A stretch of DNA of 59,968 nt, filler included, from Stramenopiles sp. TOSAG23-2 (taxonomy: Eukaryota): assembly GCA_900128395.1 (NCBI GenBank). It is 6 parts of 6 records of this genome, joined end to end, with 100 filler letters (N's around TTAATTAATTAA, not from the genome) between each part and the next. Parts side by side here need not be neighbours in the genome. Positions count along the whole stretch, not along the records: positions 50,114 to 59,968 come from LT650064.1; 5 more parts are not named here. The stretch is one strand, 5' to 3'. Below, one piece after another: positions 55,330 to 59,968 of the stretch. Under the pieces are notes generated by a model, which was not told the DNA's origin, made no database searches, and saw nothing but the letters and a program-made list of their open reading frames with translations. The position numbers were made by a program, and so were the translations under genes. Position 1 is the stretch's first letter. Every line of letters begins with the position of its first letter.

Positions 55330-57498
55330 ATGAGAAGTCCAGCATTGCAAACCGCATTAGATCGATATCGTGCATATTTAGAAGATGAAGGAGGTGATGT
55401 TACTACGATTGAGCCAGCGTTGGGAAAATACCACGCATTGATGTATGTATCAAATCCATCACGTAATGCTGAATTTCAACATATATTTAATGAAAATACT
55501 TCAAAACAATGGATAGCTGATATTCGAAAAAGTATTGTTGATGTATTAGGATCGGTATTAGAAAATGTTCCAATGCCACGTTTATTGCAAATGTATGAAT
55601 CGTTTATGACCAGTTATAAAGGTTTTGATGAACAATTAAAAACACAACAGGAAATGGCATTTGAAATGCAACGTATAGCAAAACGTTTGTTTCAATTATC
55701 TGTCAAAGTTGCTCGTGATGCTAGTGCAATGATAAAAATAAAACCGCGGAATAATAATAATACTAACAACAACAACAATACCTTGCCAATAGTAAAAGAG
55801 GAGGAAGGTGAAAAAAAACAAGGTGATAAAAAGGAAGGAGAGGAGGAAGATGATGATAATGTTGTTACAATTAATGAAGAAGATGATGATGCAGATGATG
55901 CAGATAATAAAGTCGAGAAAGAAGAAGAACAAGAAGATACAACACCACCACCACCAACAACAACAACAACGCCACCGCAAGAACAACAAGTACAAGACGA
56001 TACCATCATTCTTGATGATCCAAATGCGGAACTTATTAATAGTGATTATATGTTTCGTGTACGACAAACATTACGAGAATGTAGGGAAGAATTGAAAGGT
56101 GCAAGCCTTCGACGTAAACGAAAAACACCAAAGGATATGAATGCAGCTTTTAAAAAGAAATTACCACCATTTTTAATGGGTCAACCACCACCACTTGATT
56201 ATACTAAAGTACGTGAAGCATCTGCCATAGCAGGGGAAAATACGGCACAATTATTAGATTCATTATGGTGGAGATTAGCATATAGTACACCACCAGCAAT
56301 GGGTCATGTAATATCAAATGAAAAATTTAAAATATTACAAAGTGAAATGAGACATAATGTAGCACGTGATGTACTAGATGGGGATATCTTTTGGATAGTA
56401 AGGCAAGAAGAAGGTAGAGATTCAGATGCATTAATGAGAGAATGTTTAGCAATAAGTCCAAGCCATAGACCACAAGAAATGTTAGAACACGCCTTGTTAC
56501 GAGCAGGTTCATTACGAGTAATCGATGCATTTAGTAGTTGGAAAGACGGTCGTAATTATTTAAAACGACTTTCCAAAAACATTCCATATTTAATAGTTGA
56601 ACTTGTATCCAATGATATTTTAAAATCAGAAGGTACTCCTGCATTACCATTATCCGCAAATAGTTCGGATATCGTACGAGCACGTAGAATAACACGTAGG
56701 CATGCAATCAATTTCTTATTGAAATTTAGTTCCATAAAAAAAGCACGTGAAATCATGATAAAAAACAATGTTCCACTTTTCATTGCAAATATGATCGTTG
56801 GTGCATTATCTCCATCTGGTGCAGGTGATGTAAGAGAAGGTGTTGTTAGAAGAGCAATGGCATTGTTATTAAATTTACTATGTGAAAGTATTACATTTGA
56901 TTTATTAGAGAAAGATGAAGAGAATATTGTACAACAAATGTGTGAAGCATGTTGTTTAGCAATGGAAAGTTCCGATTTGAAAGGTAAAGCAGGTGATCGA
57001 AGTGGGCGTAGATATGCATCAGCAGCGTTATATGGAATGTTATCGCAACCATCATGTTGTGAAAAAGGAAAAGCATTTGAAGCTCGTGTTAAAACCATGG
57101 TATCAAAACATGCATTGATACGTTCAGATCGTTTTTTTGTCCATGAGTTGGAATGTATATTATTAAGAATGAGTGGTGGTGAAAACGAGAAAGCAACACG
57201 GCCAAAAGCACCGAAAGAAGATCCAGATAATGAGCAAGATGAATATGAGTCAGATAGTGAAGATTACATTGGTGAATATGGTGGGCTAGAAGCAACTCCA
57301 GTGCAAGATGCATTGACACGTAGTGAAGGTGTCTTACGATCTGAAAAATATTCATTCAAGGAACGAGTTGTTCCTGGTGAAAATCAAGCCATTCGATCTA
57401 TATTAGATGCTGTTGAAGATGATACGGAAGAAGCACAATCAACATTGGAAACATTGAATAATAATGATGATGGTAATGGGGATGAGGAGTTTGTGTAA
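55330..57498 (+). CDS. ARMC9: ARMC9-like armadillo-repeat ciliary protein (N-terminal LisH/CTLH region not seen)
   Basis: YRAYLEDEGGD…YHALMYVSNP…EFQHIF…W, MPRLLQMY, LDYTKVR…LLDSLWWRL, DAFSSWKDGRNYL, ALLLNL and RYASAALYGMLS follow ARMC9 motifs in order. Confidence 0.78.
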   Translation: MRSPALQTALDRYRAYLEDEGGDVTTIEPALGKYHALMYVSNPSRNAEFQHIFNENTSKQWIADIRKSIVDVLGSVLENVPMPRLLQMYESFMTSYKGFDEQLKTQQEMAFEMQRIAKRLFQLSVKVARDASAMIKIKPRNNNNTNNNNNTLPIVKEEEGEKKQGDKKEGEEEDDDNVVTINEEDDDADDADNKVEKEEEQEDTTPPPPTTTTTPPQEQQVQDDTIILDDPNAELINSDYMFRVRQTLRECREELKGASLRRKRKTPKDMNAAFKKKLPPFLMGQPPPLDYTKVREASAIAGENTAQLLDSLWWRLAYSTPPAMGHVISNEKFKILQSEMRHNVARDVLDGDIFWIVRQEEGRDSDALMRECLAISPSHRPQEMLEHALLRAGSLRVIDAFSSWKDGRNYLKRLSKNIPYLIVELVSNDILKSEGTPALPLSANSSDIVRARRITRRHAINFLLKFSSIKKAREIMIKNNVPLFIANMIVGALSPSGAGDVREGVVRRAMALLLNLLCESITFDLLEKDEENIVQQMCEACCLAMESSDLKGKAGDRSGRRYASAALYGMLSQPSCCEKGKAFEARVKTMVSKHALIRSDRFFVHELECILLRMSGGENEKATRPKAPKEDPDNEQDEYESDSEDYIGEYGGLEATPVQDALTRSEGVLRSEKYSFKERVVPGENQAIRSILDAVEDDTEEAQSTLETLNNNDDGNGDEEFV

Positions 57499-57974
57499 GG
57501 AAAAAATATTTAAATATTTTAATATATAATAGTTTTTCGACTTTCAAAGTGTTTTTAAAAAAATGAAAAAAAGTACATTTTTTTTATAAAAAAGAATATC
57601 TCTGGGATCTCATCATTACTAACCGTGCATTAGAGCTTCACAATAGTATTAGGAGATAGAATATATATATCTTTGTATTTTATCGTAGAGATACGAGTTC
57701 TCGTAGAATATTATATTCTTGAGATTGAGAGTTTATTTGGGCATCATATTATTTACCACGGGAAGTAAAAGTTTTTATATATAACACTCTCTCCAGATTT
57801 TTAAAACCATTATTTATTTAGATATCAGATTAATCTCTCTCTCCTACGGCTCGGTAAAAAAACATGACACGAAGTAATATGCATCATACCAAGCGGCCCT
57901 CTTTTGCGAGTCCAATTTTAATTACGACGTTTCGTATCATCAACGTATTTTCTTCTCTACTTTTCACACCATTT

Positions 57975-59343
57975 TTATAGACGTGGTCTACCTGCACGGC
58001 CACTTGATTGACCAGAGCTGCTACCACCACGGTTGGTATTTTGTGTAGCTTGAGGTTCAGACGTTGCTGGGACACTTTCTTGCTTTTCTCCAGAAGGATT
58101 AATGTTTGATTCTTCTGGTGAAGTTGTTGATTCCAATACCGCTTCGTCGTTAGCAGTTGATCCTGCTGCGGTCGATCCTGTTGATGCTGTCGATCCGCGG
58201 TCGCCGGCACTAGCGCCTGCAGTTGATCCAGACGATGCTGTTGGACTACTTGAAGCTGTAGAGGCTTTAGGTTCTTCTACTTTAGGTGCTGGACCAGTTG
58301 GACCTGTCTCTTCTGGTACGGGGTCCATTTTTTGTGGACCAGTTGGTCCTGTAGAACCTTCTGAAGCAGTAGATGCACTTGGTTTTGATTCTTCAGATGC
58401 AGTGGATGCACTTGGTTTTGATTCTTCCGTTGCAGTGGATGCACTTGGTTTTGTTTCTTCCGTTGCAGTAGATGCACTTGGTTTTGTTTCTTCCGTTGCA
58501 GTAGATGCAGCTGGTTTTTCTTCTTCTTTTGGCTCTGCTGTTGCTGCTGGTCCAGTAGATCCAGTCGGTGCTTTCTCATTTGGAATTTTGTAATTTTCAT
58601 CTTCACTACCAGTACCAATCATACAATGAAAATTGCCTTGTGCAATGTCTCCTTGAATTTGTTTCAATTCTCTTAACATTTTTTCTGTGTTGATTGGCAT
58701 TTTTTTGCATGCAACATCTTGGATTTTAATATGTTGATCAATCAATGGAAACAATTCTGCCAACGTTTGGCCGGGATCTGCTAAACTTGCACGTAATTCC
58801 TCCGCCTGTTTTTCCAATGCTTTTAATTTTTTCTCGCGAACTTCGATTAACCGTTTTAACCCTTCACGGTACGAAGCTAAAGGAGTTCGTTGTTTAACAT
58901 CGAATATTTTGTAATTTGCACAATCAATATCAAATGCCATTTTATGTAAAATCCAAACTCCTTGCATTGTCGGGTTACATTCTTCGCCCACGCATGAAGA
59001 CATTTTTTGATGAACTTGCGCTTCAATTTCCATTAATGACATTTTCATCAACTGTACATGCTTGTTTTTGTTCAGATGCATACTTCTTTGTTTCTGATAT
59101 TGCCGTATCAACAACGCCTTTTATTTCTTTCACCATATTTTTCTTAGCATTTGCTACGGTATGTTGCATTTCCATTTTCTTTTCGTTTTCTGCTTTAGCT
59201 TCGTCAGTTCCTGTTGTAGCACCACTTCTTCCTGTCGAATCATTTGTACCAGTGGCACCAGTTTCCTGGCCCTTAATGCTTATAAAAATCAATGCAAGCA
59301 TTGTAATAAGAATTAATATGACATTAATATACTTCATTTTCAT
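57975..59343 (-). CDS. Secreted protein with coiled-coil/Cys core and Ser/Thr/Ala/Pro-rich tail; one apparent +1 frameshift near 59045
   Basis: Signal peptide MKYINVILILITMLALIFISIKG (ORF 59023-59352) overlaps ORF 57975-59114. Deleting one A from GATGAAAATG joins …QACTVDE to MSLMEIEAQ…. Confidence 0.65.
58364..58520 (-). repeat. Coding minisatellite, 33-bp unit (ASTATEETKPS-like), about 4.5 copies
   Basis: gcagt(a/g)gatgcacttggttttg repeated every 33 nt. Confidence 0.9.
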
Positions 59344-59968
59344 CTTTTGCATATATATATGATTGTTTAGACGTAGTAGTATATATGTAGCTGTTGTTCA
59401 TCTATATATATATATGATTTTGTGATGGGTAAATATGTATATATTATGTTTGTTTATACATGTAATGCCTTGCCCGGATTGGAGCCCCTCCCAGCCCTCT
59501 TTTTTTCTGAAAATTTCTCTTTCAAACTTTACCAACTTTCCTCATTTTCAGAGATTTGATACATAGGGAGTTTAGAAATATTGTTAGTATTCTAAATTAG
59601 AATTAAGTACAAATTTTAAAGATTAGCCAGACGAGTATTGGAGATCCGCTCCATATTTTAATTTTAAAATAATATTAGAAATATTACAAAATTATAAATA
59701 TATATATACACAAAAGGACAAACATCCACACACAGCATATAAAATGCAACGACTAAAAAAAAACGTGTGTATGTTTACCAATAGTATCTCCAAAAAAAGC
59801 ATCTTCATGTCTCATAATTTTAATATAACACCAATCTTAACAACTGTATTAAATATGAACAAAAAAACAAATACAGTTACATTTATTAGCGATAACAAAC
59901 GACAAGTGAAAGACATTGGAAAAACAGGCGGAGGAATTACGTGCAAGTTTAGCAGATCCCGGCCAAAC

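Noticed and set aside
57884-58210. Second frameshift extending the secreted protein into the 108-aa ORF
   Set aside because: The main frame ends plausibly at TAA 57975, and the alternative frame has no supporting features.
348-59343. Alternative genetic code or stop-codon readthrough
   Set aside because: Long genes translate cleanly with the standard code and use TAA, TAG and TGA as stops; the breaks are explained by introns, duplications or single-base shifts.
563-59362. Numerous 60-210-aa ORFs antisense to or overlapping the long genes
   Set aside because: Shadow ORFs with S/F/L-rich or low-complexity composition expected from the reverse strand of E/K/D/N-rich genes.

Overview
AT-rich eukaryotic nuclear DNA from a flagellated protist. 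Stramenopile affinity is an inference from ciliary genes, RRL(L)-type secreted proteins and a PTS1-tagged thiolase. The window is not one locus. Five identical 100-nt linkers (N44-TTAATTAATTAA-N44) separate six pieces of 9931, 9925, 9924, 9920, 9913 and at least 9855 nt, i.e. unrelated contigs concatenated in decreasing length order, so neighbourhood arguments hold only within a piece. There are about 20 mostly intron-poor genes: an axonemal-dynein-light-chain/EF-hand coiled-coil protein, a J-like protein with a signal peptide, GH2 glycosidase, TPR-MYND, RWD-RING, peroxisomal thiolase, Tudor-PZP protein (5' truncated), SAM-SAM-AAA ATPase, peroxisomal TauD-family dioxygenase, TraB-domain protein, CRAL-TRIO protein, several Cys-rich secreted proteins, a ~3100-aa membrane/TPR/RING giant, FAM161 and ARMC9. 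Non-coding highlights are three non-autonomous DNA-transposon-like elements (two share TAGAG...CTCTA ends), a TACG/CGTA word concentrated in gene 3' flanks, and tandem duplications and single-base frameshifts that are probably assembly errors. I saw no rRNA, tRNA, CRISPR array or transposase. I cannot demonstrate a complete new multi-gene system; the best leads are listed as findings.
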